Below are positions 12,001-33,870 of a stretch of DNA of 64,000 bases, piece by piece. The notes under the pieces were generated by a model. It saw only the letters and a program-made list of their open reading frames with translations. It did not search any database and had not been told where the DNA came from. The DNA is from Euglena gracilis (taxonomy: Eukaryota): assembly GCA_039621445.1 (NCBI GenBank), contig CP154954.1, positions 23,820,954-23,884,953 of the forward strand, written 5' to 3'. The first letter of the stretch is position 1. Each line of letters begins with the position of its first letter. The position numbers and the translations under genes were made by a program.

Positions 12001-13443
12001 ACCCAATTCAAAAAAGTCGAAAAAAATCGAAAAATTTTTTTTGCCCGAAACGATGTTTTTTGGCCTCCCGGACCCAGAACAACTGTTTTTGAGCCGAAAA
12101 CGAGCGTTTTTCGACCCGCCGGCGCCCTGTTTCTGGCACAAAACCGATGGATTTCAGTCAAAAGAGCTCCAAGGAGTGGGCCAGTATGTATGGAGGGGTC
12201 AATGAAGGGGTGGGTGTGTGCTTATTAAGAGCTCAGCACTATTCAAAACCTGGTTTATAGGATCCGGAATTGTTGGTGAAAATCTGACCCCCCAAAATGA
12301 CCCCGAAACCCCCCAAATTGGCAGTTTTTGGCAAATTTGGTCAAAAATGGCATTTTTGATGATGGTCGGTCTCAAAAAATTGCCAAAAAATCAGTTTTTG
12401 GGTGGTTTGCAGCCGAAAAAACTGTCCCTGACGGTTTCCATTTTTCTTCCCCAGGGGGGGTTTATAAGTGGGGGGTGGGGTTTACTTGTTGGAGTCAAGC
12501 ACACTGAATGGCATCCGGAAAAAAAAATCTGCTCAGGCCAAGGCCGAACACTGCGTGGAAGGGAGGCGGGGCATCACACCGGTGCGGCGGGCCGCTGCCA
12601 CCAGCCTTCCGTCAGGATGGCCACCACCACCAACGGCCTCAGACCCAACCATCCCCTGTCCCTTTGCCGGTGGGGCATAGAGTGGCCGTGGACCCAGACA
12701 GCTGCCGGCGCGACACGGAAAAGAGCGCAACACAAAAGAGAGGAATAGCCTGCCCACCCCTCAGGCTAACTTTGGACATCTTAGGACGGAACAAGGCTGC
12801 GGTGTGCCGGGTGGCGGGACAGCGGGGGGGGGGTGGCGGGGGGGGGGCCTGGGTGCGACCACCGCGAGGAGGGGCCACAGCCGGCCGAGGTCCGCGAGGG
12901 GCGTGGCGTCGAGGCACGCGAGGCGGGGTCGGCCTGGCCCCAGAGTTCGATGCAAGGGTGGGGGGGTTGGGAATCTGTCAAAAATCTGTCAAAAAAAATC
13001 ACGTGCACAGTGCCGGGAGGAACGTTTCGAGAGGAATGCCGGGTGTCCCCGCGGGCAGGTGTGGTGGTGGTGTGGTGTGGTGGTCCGAACCCCAGGGGAG
13101 TCCAGGGCTTCCAATTTTTTACCGACCCCCTCGGGGGGGGGGAGGGGGTCCGGGCCAAAAACTAGTCAGTCACTCTGAAAAAACCAGTCACCCCCTGGGG
13201 GGGGGGTCGGCCAGTGACTAAGTGATTGTATGGTCCAGGGGGGGGGGGGTCCGGAGGGGCCTCCTCAACCCTGTCACACCCCTTGTCATATCGAACGCTG
13301 GCCGGCCCCCACCGGGCCGCCCGCGGCGGGGGGGCCGGCGACGACGTAGACGGGGTGGCGGGGGCGCTGACGTCCGCGGCGGGGAAGGTGCCGTAGCGGG
13401 GGTCGGGCTGCCCCGGCAGTGGCAGCGCGGCGGCCGGCGCCAT
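1..13443 (-). CDS. Phospholipase B-like protein (Ntn-hydrolase, PLBD family), multi-exon; 3' end runs off the window start
   Basis: Family motifs occur in colinear order on short exons: [12 protein letters not shown] (ATG 13443), TM segment [15 protein letters not shown] (~12580-12935), [13 protein letters not shown] (~9660-9735), SMFAAGY (~7278-7325), [15 protein letters not shown] (~6912-6977), [18 protein letters not shown] (~6113-6215), [23 protein letters not shown] (~5705-5823), [18 protein letters not shown] (4589-~4650), [16 protein letters not shown] (4032-4079), [16 protein letters not shown] (3469-3583), [21 protein letters not shown] (2926-3028), [12 protein letters not shown] (1912-1962), [13 protein letters not shown] (868-972), [16 protein letters not shown] (441-596), [10 protein letters not shown] (~70-125). 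Confidence 0.92.
126..440 (-). other. GT-AG intron with complementary ends (possible intermediate type)
   Basis: TG|gtcgcgagCTGGCAC...GTGCCAG|G. Removal restores [14 protein letters not shown]. Confidence 0.65.
597..867 (-). other. Non-conventional (euglenid-type) intron in the PLB gene
   Basis: GTGGT|gccCAGggc...gctCTGccccc|GGAG. Removal restores LIVVEQTPG. No GT-AG; CAG at +4..+6 pairs with CTG at -8..-6. Confidence 0.85.
1963..2925 (-). other. Non-conventional intron in the PLB gene
   Basis: ATGCG|gccCAGagtgtt...aaccctCTGctgtc|GGCC. Removal restores [11 protein letters not shown], and 8 of 9 terminal positions are complementary. Confidence 0.85.
2153..2435. mobile_element. hAT-like MITE nested in an intron
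   Basis: Ends CGAGGTATTAA and TTAATACCCTG, flanks CCCCCCAC/CTCCCCAC (7/8). A related left end occurs near 33358. Confidence 0.65.
3029..3468 (-). other. Non-conventional intron with a GAG/CTC pair in place of CAG/CTG
   Basis: TGGT|gctGAGggc...gccCCTCcccac|ACCTG. Removal restores SADDWYLLDS. Confidence 0.8.
3780..3953. mobile_element. Short palindromic MITE; second copy at ~19266-19450
   Basis: CCCCCAAACCCAATGAAC...GTTCACTGGGCTTAGGGGG inverted ends and a shared internal CTAGACGGTYCGG in both copies. Confidence 0.6.
5057..5460. mobile_element. Interspersed repeat/MITE inserted in an (AT)/(AC)-rich tract; partial copies at ~10849-10925 and ~12255-12480
   Basis: Shared TATAGGATCCGG..TTGGTCGGCCGAAG and AAATTTGGTCAAAAATGGCATTTTTGATGATGGTCGGTCTCAAAAAATTGCC segments, with inverted TAAACCCCC/GGGGGTTTATA ends. 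Confidence 0.7.
11687..12127. repeat. Tandem repeat of a ~162-bp unit, about 2.7 copies, inside a larger intronic repeat element
   Basis: AAAAGTCGAAAAAAATCGAAAA recurs at ~11687, ~11850 and ~12012 with near-identical units. Confidence 0.85.
12936..13303 (-). mobile_element. MITE-derived non-conventional intron 1 of the PLB gene (element 12941-13300)
   Basis: TIRs CAGAGTTCGATGCAAG and TCATATCGAACGCTG, flanks CCTGGCCC/GCCGGCCC (6/8). Removal restores [14 protein letters not shown]. Confidence 0.75.
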
Positions 13444-13998
13444 GCGGGGGCGGCGAGGGGGGCCCCGGTCCTGCAGGGGAGAGGGGTGGGGGCTGGGCCC
13501 CACACCCGCGGCAGTGCCTGCACCCCTGGGCCGGGGCGGGAAGGAGCCGGCCACAAACGGTGCGAGGCGTCGCCAGAACACAGCGTTTCGCGACGACGGG
13601 GGAGTGCGGCGGACCAAAACGCTCGTACGCGTCACCTTCCTGAGGGGGTGCAAATGCGGGGGGAGAGGAGTCAGTCTTCCCGGAGCGCATCCTCACACTG
13701 TGGCTCAGGTCACAGTGTCTGACTGGACGGCCGATTTGGGTTTCGGCAATATCCGTGAGCCACTCAAGAGAACAAATCAAATTGCCGGGAGGGCTAATGG
13801 CTTTTTGGCTTCAATTTTTTTTGGCTTCAATTCTTCACCTGCATGCAGGTCTGCCTGATGTCAGGGTTTGCACTTGTATAATTGTGGCGACGCTGCATAG
13901 AGGTGACGAGCAGCATGTGAGGTGCATTGGAGTGTCTCCCGTCACCGGTATGGCTCGGATCCGACGCACAGCCACGGGGAGGGGTCGGCCGGGCGGGG

Positions 13999-24308
<10,310 letters not shown>

Positions 24309-26041
24309 CGGCCCGGCGGCAGGAGCGGGGTGGGCGGGCGGTGGCGGTGGGGGGCGGGGCTGGCCACAGGGCGGGCGGGGCGGCCTATGGGGCGGGGACC
24401 CCGTGGCGGCGTAGAGCACAGCCCGACAGTACCCCCCCCCCCCCCCCCCCCCCCCAACCCCAATTTGGTGTGTTTTGAAAACCCATTGCTGTCGTATGAA
24501 TACCTCCTTGACACCCTGTTTTTAAAGTTTTTGAACTCGGCCTTCAGCTTTGTCCAGAGTGGGGGTTCCCCAGCCCCCCCCCCCAACAAAAATGACGCCA
24601 CCCTTCTCTCTGCAACGGGCGGAAGAGTGTTATTTTGTGTGCCGGTTTATGTTGCCTATTTTGTATTCCTGACTTTGCTGGTGCAGCGTCCGACGGTGAT
24701 GGGTGACATTGGTTATGGCTGATACTCCTCAAGCCTGACTCCATCTCCATACATTCCCCCACAATTCCCACACTTCATTTTGGGAGCTCCACTTTATGCC
24801 ATATGTTCCACATGGTACACAGATAGGAAAAGGTGGGTGATAGGACAAAATTGACCGACTCCCCCATACAGGGCTTTCTCCTCGGCCACTCTGGAATCCC
24901 ATGAAGGGAAAATTGACTACAAACACAAAACAATTTTGCGCCTTCGGCACCAGGTCATTTCAGTATCCCGGTGCCAGTGGCTTTCTCAGTGTTGTTTCAG
25001 TGTTGTTGTTTTTTTGCTGACTGGGGGTCCGGTCAAAAAAAAAACAGACAGTCACTCCAGGGTGAGAGACAAGTCAGCGCCATTCTGGGGGGGGGGGGGG
25101 GCAGAGCCGACACAGGCCCACCCTGATCGGTCGACCCATCAACCCCAGCCGCGGGGGCGGCTGGGGAGGAACATGCCGATTGGGGTGCAGAGTGGCACTG
25201 GGGGATACAGCAGGTGCGGAGCGGCGTGCTGGTCAACGGTGTTCCAATGCGGCTCTGCCCCTGCACCCATTTTATACATTTTGCTGGAAAATACGACGCT
25301 TGGATACCTCTTGAATTATCTCGAAGTGTGGAACCTTTGTCCATTTTGTTCTCTTCTGGACCTTTTGGATTGTAAACACTTGTACTTACAATTACCTCTG
25401 TAGAATCTGTGGAATCTGTGGATACACGTGTACAGATTCCAAGCTGCACCTCTTGATCAGAGAACATTCAACTTTTGTAACAATGAATCTTGGTTACCAA
25501 ACCTGAATTCATGTGGTTGTTGAATGACACAGGTCTCTTGAGCGTTTGGGCTTATTTGGTGTTGTTTGTGCCCCTGCTTTTCGGGCTTTACGGGAAGACC
25601 TGGTGGAGGGGTCAACCACCAACCACCAACAGCACCACGCCTCCTTCGGCGCCAAATAAAAAAAGTAACCTAAAAAACGGCGCCCCTAGAAACACAGGAA
25701 AGCTTGCTGCCCCCCCCCCCCAGGATGGGGGTGGGGGTGGGGAAAGGGTGGGGGTCAACCTCCCAGCCATCGCACACAGGGTTTCGGTGATTCCCATACA
25801 GCCCTGTGCCCCTGTGTGATAAGCTGTTGTTGAGATCGGGCCGTCCCCCGGACCACCGCATCGCCGACATCGAAGAGTCATCCGGATTGCACGTCGCCAA
25901 CGAAAAGAACAACACAAACAAGATGAGCCGCGGGGCGACTGTGAGCGTGGTTGCTGTTCGGTGTTATGGGCGGGGGAGGGGGGAGGCCAGCAGGGTCGGC
26001 GGGCAGCGCGGAAGGCGGTGGCCGGACGCCCGGCCGGCACC

Positions 26042-29000
26042 TCAGCCCAGGAGCGGGTACTGGCTCGGAGACCGGAACACGGGCCGCCGTGGCGCCGCCT
26101 CCTGGGCGTCGTGCTCCGCCGCCTCCGCCATGATCCGGGCCCGGATGGCGAGGCGCTCCATCTTGCGCAGCTCCTGCTGCTCCCGCCGGTCCTGGTCCCT
26201 CTGGAGCCCCCTGTGCCGCAATGACAGACGGCCGATGAGTGCAGTGACGAAATATGTCGACAGGGGTCCTGGAGGATGACAGCAAGACAATGGAAAACGA
26301 TGTTCAGTAAGCAGTGCAAAGCAGATAGATACAAAGCAATGCAATCAGGGGCTTTCTTATGGACCCCAGGGCGTGGGAGGGTCCCGCAGGCCAGCTGAAA
26401 AAAGTTGCTGGCTGGACCCCCCCCCCAGGGGGGTTGTGGGGTCCAGCCGGCTGGGAGCTGGACCTGGCGGGTACCCAAAGAAGGCCCCCAAAGCCCGAAT
26501 TTTTCAAATTTTCAAAATCTGGAGGTGAAGGCCTCAAAACCACCAAAAATGCCATTTTTTTTGGCCATTTTGACCTCTTTTCCCAAATTTTCAGCGCGAA
26601 GCCAATTTTTCCAATTTTTTTATGGTCCAAACTTCGGACCCCCCCCCCGGGGGGATCCGCAGCCCAGCTGGGAGGTGCAGGCAGGAAAAAAGGTGCTGGC
26701 TGGCTGGACCCTCCTGGGGGCAGGGTCCCCTTTGGCTTAAGAAAACCCCTGAATGCAGTATGTCACCATATAAGACAATGCACTGCGTTGTGGTGAAATA
26801 CAATGCAGTACATGCAGACCAATACAATGCAACACACGATGCGATGCGATGCCGTACAATGCAATACAATACAAAAATATTTTTAACGGTGCGTATGTAC
26901 GCCACGCAAGCTCACTGTCCCCCCTTTGTCGTTGACACGCCAAAATACAGCAAAAGTGCGGTTGACACGGTGTGGTGTTGTGGACAAATTGTGTCAAGGA
27001 AAGGGGGGAGGTTCCCATAGGGGAGGGGATCGACAGGAAACAGCCCAAACAAAAAACTTCTTCTTAAAATTGTTCCCATGGTCCTTAAGGAAATAAAAAG
27101 AAAAAAACTCCGCTATCCCAGCACACTCAATGAAAAATATACAGGAAAATGGGCAAAGATATTTGTCATTTTTCAAGTTTTCGACGAGAACAGGTCGACA
27201 TCAGGAAAATATTGATTCCTGGCATCCTTGGACCATCACCCATGCACCCAAATAATCAAAAATGTGTTTTTCGACTCTTTAATTTTTGACCCCGTTCAAG
27301 TCCCAGTCCAGCCTTTGGTCGGCCCTTTGGTCGGAAGGGGGAGCGGTCCTTAAAGAAATAAAACAAAAACTGCCTGTCCCTTGAGGACCGCCCTGTTCCT
27401 CGTTCAAATCCCCAATTTTGGAGAGCTTGAAAACTTTGCAAACGAACCGAAACATTAACTCACTGGAACACAATTTGAAAGACCTGGCATTTTTGTCGGT
27501 CCGAAATTGTGCAAACCAATATGACCCATGCCCAACCTCCGCTCAACTTGGTATCATTTGCCCACGGATGGCACACCTGACGTTTGGCCCCACGTCCTTC
27601 CACACGCCCAGCTGGAGCAGGTGGGGGCTCTCCTGCAAGTACTGGTCCTTGATGGGCTTCAGCACCCGGGAGCGGATGGTGGTGCCGGGGGGCTTCGGGC
27701 GCTTCTTGCTCTTCCTGTACCTGTAGAGGCCTGCGGGGGCGGTGGCGGCGTGTATGCGGAAGGGCTGCAACCATGCGAGGACCGCGAAAAGAGCCAGCTG
27801 ACGACGCTACTCATCAGCTTCACAAAGAGAGTGACAATGCTTCGAACAACACGGTGGCGGAATATGTCTGCGCTTAAAAATTAGAACCCCAAGTCAAGAC
27901 ACGCTGTTGTGGCATCCATGACAATCCAGTCAAGACGCTTTCCAACGTCATGGACCTCTCTGTGTCCTGTAGAAATTGCACTCCCAGCATTGAGGAATCA
28001 CAAGCCCACAGAAGCGTTGGGTGAGCGCGTACTCTCGGGGATGTCGGGTAGCCCCTGCAGGCGACGGAGGCGGGCTTCGAGGTTGGGCTTCACCACGTAG
28101 TCCACGTTGTGCGCCTTCTTGTCCTCCATCTTAGCCACCGCCGTCATGTGGACGATGTCCCCGATGGCCTGAGAGGTCGAGGCTGGTTCGTGGTCAGCAG
28201 ATAACACAACGTCCCACGCCATCTGCACCAACTGGCCAAAATTCATTTCATTTCACGAAGAATTCAAAGACAGGGGTGCCTTGCACATTTCCTTTCGCCT
28301 GCAAAGAACAATAGTGGAGGGATCATTCACCTTGTCACCTGGTGCCGAGTCGGGACAAACAAGCTGGAGTATTGCCTCCAAAAAAGGGTGGAAGGTGCAC
28401 CAGCGACTCTGTTTCGTTGTGGGCGCGGATACGGTTGCTCTTCAGGAACGTGCGGCCGTACTTGGGCCAGTACACAGGACTGTCGCAGGCCACCCAGACT
28501 GTCTTTGGCGTGATGCGCGAGATCTTGCATACCGTCCCTGCGCACCGACAGAGAACGTCGTGGTATGGACCAGGATTCGACATAAAGACAGGTGGGGGTT
28601 GAACCCCCTTCACACCCCACCACCTCCAGCTAAATGCCGTACAACCTCCTTGCATCGAAACCTGGTGTGGACCGCCTGCCAAGGCCCAACATGTTCCCTC
28701 TCAGCCAGGTGGAATTCCACCAATCTGGGGGCAGTAGAGAGCCCTGGGATGTGGCAGGCACCCCCTCCCAGGGGGGTCTTGCCTGGTCGTGCAGAGAAAT
28801 CGCAAAAAAGAGCCCGTTTTTCGGCACCGGAGTGCTTGGTCTGAAGACAAGTTGGGCCATGTCCCTGGTAAAGATCTGCCCCCCCCACCCCCGGGTGGGT
28901 CGGGTGCCTTAAAATTCAGCCTGCTCTCGGTGGTTGTCGTCTGAAGGCCTGAAGGGGCGTGTCCCATAGAAGAAGAGGGGGTGAGGGGAGGACGACACCG

Positions 29001-32000
29001 ATCTTCTCGAAGCCGCTGCTGCCCTTCGGCAGCACCAGGCTGAACTCCTTCTTCGCCTGAAACTCCTGGATGCCGCCCCTGAGCGGACGGGTGCCCCCTG
29101 CCCCAGGAAGCTGTGACCCGACAGGCCGCTCAATTCACTGGGTACCTGACATTTCCCAGGTGTGGCATTTGAGGTGGGGATCAGGGGTATTTTGAGACTG
29201 GGGGACCCACTCACTCTCCCCAAAAATGGCCAAAAATCGCGAAAATGCCAAAAATGGCACCTTTTTCAAAAAAAAATTGGCGCCGAAAAGTATATCCCCC
29301 CTGTGGGGAACGGGGGGGGGGGGTCGGCCGGACCCACCCGGTGGGGATGTAGACCCAGGTCGAACAGGATGATGGGTTGGTGCGTCACGGTATGGGTGAT
29401 TCTGACAGACCCAATCCATCAAAAAGGTAAATGTTGCTGATTTGGTCGGCAGTATTTCGAATGTCGGGTGAAACGTTCTGGAAATAAGGATGTGTACCTT
29501 CCTTTCTATTATGTAAATGTTGTGATCTTATCTTTTTACAGTCCCAAATGTGGCTCCCTTCCAGGCAATTACCTTTGGTGTTACCAGGGGAAGGGGGGTC
29601 ATTTTGCACTTTTAAAATCTAATCCATGAGAAGCCAGGTGGCCACTTCTATTTTTTTGTCCACGACGACTTTGGGGAATGGAAAACCTTCACCCAGAAAA
29701 AATCAAAGTAAATTCCACCAGCGCTTTGCACCAGGGACACATGTGGAAAAATCCCACCTAAACTGAACCTCAAATTTCATTTCGATCCTCACAGACTGGT
29801 TTTTTACAACCCAGGGGGGGGGCTTGCGTATGGGGTGCTGACAATAGCATACCCCCTGGGGGGGGGGGTTGGGCCCGGCCCCGGCCGATCCAGGCAACTT
29901 GAAAATGGCCCTATTCGAGTCCCAAGGCTCCGTGGGGGGGGGGTGCATTTTCACAACTCCTGCAAAATCTAAACAACTGAAAAATCCTTTTTTGCTTTCA
30001 CCTCTTCCACCAGGAGATGTGGACCAATGAAAAAATCCATGGTGCACCAGTTTGGGAGGTTGAGAGATGCAGATTGATAGCAGGTGCTTTCAGAGTGTCA
30101 ACGTGACCGAGTGGTGTGTGCACCGGTTCAGGGCTCACAACCAGACAGCTGGGAAGGGCTCTGAGAGCCAGGGTTAGAAGACATGCAGAGGGACCTTTTT
30201 CAGATAAAAATTAGGGGGTGCATCGACATTTCATGGATATTACAACAGTTGAAACATTTGTGCAGTTGCGCAAAGGAGTTGCCAAGTCCAGCACGCTGCT
30301 TCTGCTTAAGGGTTCACATTACCCCCCCCCCCCCGGAGGGGGCTGGGCTGCAGCTGGTCTGGCCGGGGGGGGGGTCTGCTAGCAGGGCTAGCTAGTGGAA
30401 TTTTTTTCCAGTGACCGTCGTGACACGTCGAATTTTTTTGAACCCCAAAACTGGCCAAAAAAACCATTTTTGGCCTTCTGGTTTTTTTGAAGAAAATCAG
30501 CCTTAAAAACCCCATCAAAAATCTCACTTCCGTTTTTTTCCATGATTTTTTCCCAGTCAGCGGGACCCCGGACCCCCCCTCTCCGGGAAGATGGGGTCCA
30601 GCTAGTCCATTTTTTCCAGTGTCTATCAAAATGCTAGCCAATGGACCATCCCGGGGGTGTCCAATTTTAACCCCCAAAAATGTGTGTTGAGATTGAGCAA
30701 TGCCCCCCCCCCCCATTCTCACTGTCCGTTTTGTCAGCAGGATCTGCTGCGGAGATTATGATGGGGATGATGGCGTTCAGGCAAACTCGGTGAGCAATAA
30801 TTAAAAAAAACCATCCCCCTTGCTTGAACCGAAGTATGGAATAATACATTAAGTGAAGACTTTTTTTTAGTATCCCGCAAACCATGAAAAATGAAGAACG
30901 GAATTTATTTTGAATCTGATTTACGCAATTACGCAAGTGATTGAAATTTTAACTTGTTTGCACAAATGCGCAAAGATATTTTTAGCTTTTGTTTCTGCGA
31001 TTGTGCAATTGATTCAGTTCATTTATCCTCATCAACACATTTTACTGAAGCAATATTTCTCCTGTCAGGTACATGCATGATCAGCTGCCAATTATCACAT
31101 TCTCCCTGTCAGCCTTTTTAACTCCAGTCCTCTCCAGCAGAAAAGTGTACATTTCTGATATCATTTTTTCCGCAAAGTTTCCGCAATTACCCCGCAATTT
31201 TTCAAGGCCTCTGATACAGGGGATTTCTTAAGGACCCCTCCCGGGGGGTCCAGCCTCCGGCTGGCTGCTGCCTGGAAATGAGCTGCTGGCTACCCCCCCC
31301 CCCAGGGGGATAGGGGGGAGGGGGGAGGGTCCAGGAATGGAGGGGGCTGGGCTGGGCTGGGTCGATGAAAAACAAATTTTATAAAACATTTTTGCCTTCT
31401 CGACATTTTGATGGAAGGAGATAGATCAAGGCTGGGGGGCTGTGATGTAGAAAGCTGTGATGAGAAAAAAATGAAGGGATAGGTGACCTGGGCAGTCCAG
31501 TTGGCTGGCCAGCCTGCAGCCGGCTGGCCTGGCCTCTGGCCGGGCTGCGGGCTGGACCCAACTTTATTTCACTCGACCCCGGGGGGGGGCTCCCAGCCCA
31601 GATTTGGGCTGCTGGCTGGATTTGAACTGCTGACTGGCTGGACCCCCCCCCCCCGGGGGATGAGGTCCCCTCTGGCTTAAGAAATCCCTTGTTCTGATAT
31701 CAAATTTCCCCCCTGTTTTAAATCCTGTTGCGCATGCTCCATCCAGTTGTGAAACTGGAGTGACATTTCGAAATCTCACAGCTGAACAAAAAATAGCCAT
31801 CACATCCCTTTCGTCGGATTCCAGTTTGCGCCGTACGGGAACACCGGGTGCAAACACAAGTGAATGAAGGGCAAACATCCGAAACACACTCTGAAAAGGG
31901 GCTGAACAGAGGCATTTTTAACCAATTCAAAAAGGCTTAGATCCTCAGCCATTGGAGTGAATCAGTTGGGTCTGTTGTAAAACACTAGAATACAATATAC

Positions 32001-32745
32001 TCTGTTGCAAATTTCCCAATAGGCGACGAAAGGGTGGCAGAACTCCGAACACCCCCGAACCCGCCATTTCGGTCCTGAAAAGACTGGCCATTGTGGCAGC
32101 AGTTGTTACCAGGTGCATACTCTTCGGAGGTGTGAACTTGTCGATCAGCTCCCAGGTGGCAGATTGCGCAAGACCACACAGTTGACAGGGTGAACCTTTG
32201 GAACTATCCAATGATGTTTTTGTGATTTGAACTGGAACGTTTGAATTCGATAGTTATGGGCTATTTTTGGGGGGAGTTTTGAGACGTTTTTTCATTCAAA
32301 AAACAAGGCTCAAAAACAGCTTCAAAAGGCCATAAAATCGGAATCGCCTTAGATTGCGCAATTGCGCAAGGCGAGTCCAGTTTTATGAGCTAAGTGCGAA
32401 GTAGCCCAGTTGGTGAGTTGGTGGCAGGCAGGATGGGAGAGTTACGGGGTTTTCGCCGGTTTGAAACGGTCCGAGTGCCCCTCAGAGTCGGTCCGTGCCA
32501 CCCACCCACCCACCCACCACCAATTTTGAGATCCTGTTCAGAGTGAAAATGAAAGCACTTATATTTATTGTATTGCATATGCTTAATCATGATGTAACAA
32601 ATCGAAATGCACAAACAATCGTGGCCATCACAGATCACGTCAGGCAACAATCCAGAATGACAGCATACACCAAGGTCTTGCTGATTGTGCCCTTCTTGCC
32701 TTTCAGTAGGCGGCTGAGGGGCATGTGCCGCGCCTGGCGCGACAT
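26042..32745 (-). CDS. MRPS17: Mitochondrial small-subunit ribosomal protein uS17m with long N- and C-terminal extensions, multi-exon
   Basis: AGTVCKISRITPKTVWVACDSPVYWPKYGRTFLKSNRI (~28427-28565) and AIGDIVHMTAVAKMEDKKAHNVDYVVKP (~28025-28190) match the uS17 pattern G.V....KT..V......HPKY.K......AHD....GD.V.I......K.K...V. The Arg-rich presequence-like start MSRQARHMPLSRLLK is at 32745. Other exons lie near 32100-32170, 28997-29100 and 27580-27760, and the last exon ends RSPSQYPLLG* at 26042. Confidence 0.75.
26346..26751. mobile_element. hAT-like MITE (CAGGGGnTTTCTTA family)
   Basis: CAGGGGCTTTCTTA...TAAGAAAACCCCTG, flanks AATGCAAT/AATGCAGT (7/8). Confidence 0.85.
28566..28667 (-). mobile_element. 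MITE-derived candidate intron (element 28571-28664) in uS17m
   Basis: GTATGGAC-CAGGATTCGACATAA...TTGCATCGAAACCTG-GTGTGGAC (TSD 7/8). Removal gives ALAGGPYHDVLCRC. Confidence 0.7.
31217..31691. mobile_element. hAT-like MITE (CAGGGGnTTTCTTA family)
   Basis: CAGGGGATTTCTTAAG...CTTAAGAAATCCCTTG, flanks CTCTGATA/TTCTGATA (7/8). Confidence 0.85.
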
Positions 32746-33737
32746 TGCAAAACGGCCCTGCGGCGGACGGGCCACGGTGGGATTAGGATCAAGCTGAACG
32801 GTCCCCAACTCCTTTGTCATCGTTGTTGTGATTGGCTGTTTGGCCAAGGGTCCTGACCTCCTTCCTCCTACGGGGCTGTTGATTACCCCCCCCCCAAAAG
32901 CGGAATACCCAGACTGTGCAAAAACGTGCCCTCTCAATGCAGCTCATTGCGAATATTTGCATCAGTGCCTTTGCAAAAAAGAATTCAGGGTGCCTTCAAA
33001 AAAAACAGTGAAGAAAATTGTACAAAATGGTTTAGTCGCTCGGTCACTCAGTTTAAGATAAAGATTGCAAAAATAGAAAATAGAAAACAGAAAAAAAAAA
33101 ATAAAAAAAAAAAATAAGAGAAAAAAAAGAAACAGAAGGAGCGACGACGTGCTGAAAAAGAAGCTAAGAGAAGCCGAAAATCGAAAAAACAATAAAACAT
33201 AAACAAAACAAACCTCACCCCCCCCCTAGGAGAACTCCGCAGAAAACAGCGAACCCCCCAGAGAAGAAGGCATCTTCTCCAAAAAATCTTCCAAAGGCAT
33301 CTTCCAAAAAATAGAAGCATCATCAACACTGATCTGTTTCTAGACCTTCTCCCCGACCAAGGGTATTAAATGAGCAGGGGAAGGGGGCGGCCCGAAGGGG
33401 GGGGGGGTCGCGACCCCCCCTCCCCCCTGTACAAAACCAGCACTCACGTAACACCCCGTCCCACTTCAAACCGGCAAAAAGTGGCACGCCTCACCCCCGC
33501 CCACCCTGGCCTCTCTCGTCACCGTGCGCCACCCACTTCCTTCTGTTTTGGGCACTTAAAGCAACCCAAAATGAACCCTACCTGGGTGGGAGAGTCTAAA
33601 GACAAATACAAAAATGCCCACTAGGAAAGTTTGCATGCATGATGCATGAATGCATCACATATGTATTATATTTATATGTGTTGCATGCACATGCATGTAC
33701 ATACATACGCTTGCATGTGTATGCACACGTGCATATG

Positions 33738-33870
33738 CATACATGCATACATACATACATACATACATACATACATACATACATACATACATACATACAT
33801 ACATACATACATACATACATACATACGTACGTACGTACGTACGTACGTACGTACGTACGTACATACATAC
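33738..33870. repeat. Compound (CATA)n/(CGTA)n microsatellite
   Basis: Directly visible. Confidence 0.95.

Noticed and set aside
11554-12228. Repeat-protein-like ORFs of ~195 aa
   Set aside because: They arise from an intronic ~162-bp tandem repeat that is open on both strands.
126-13443. Frameshifted pseudogene interpretation of the fragmented PLB gene
   Set aside because: The fragments join in frame at consistent non-conventional or GT-AG intron boundaries, and the catalytic CSAL motif is intact.
25806-25930. GC-rich island as an extra uS17m exon
   Set aside because: An in-frame TGA at 26042 precedes it, so it is more likely 3' UTR. It cannot be excluded without cDNA.
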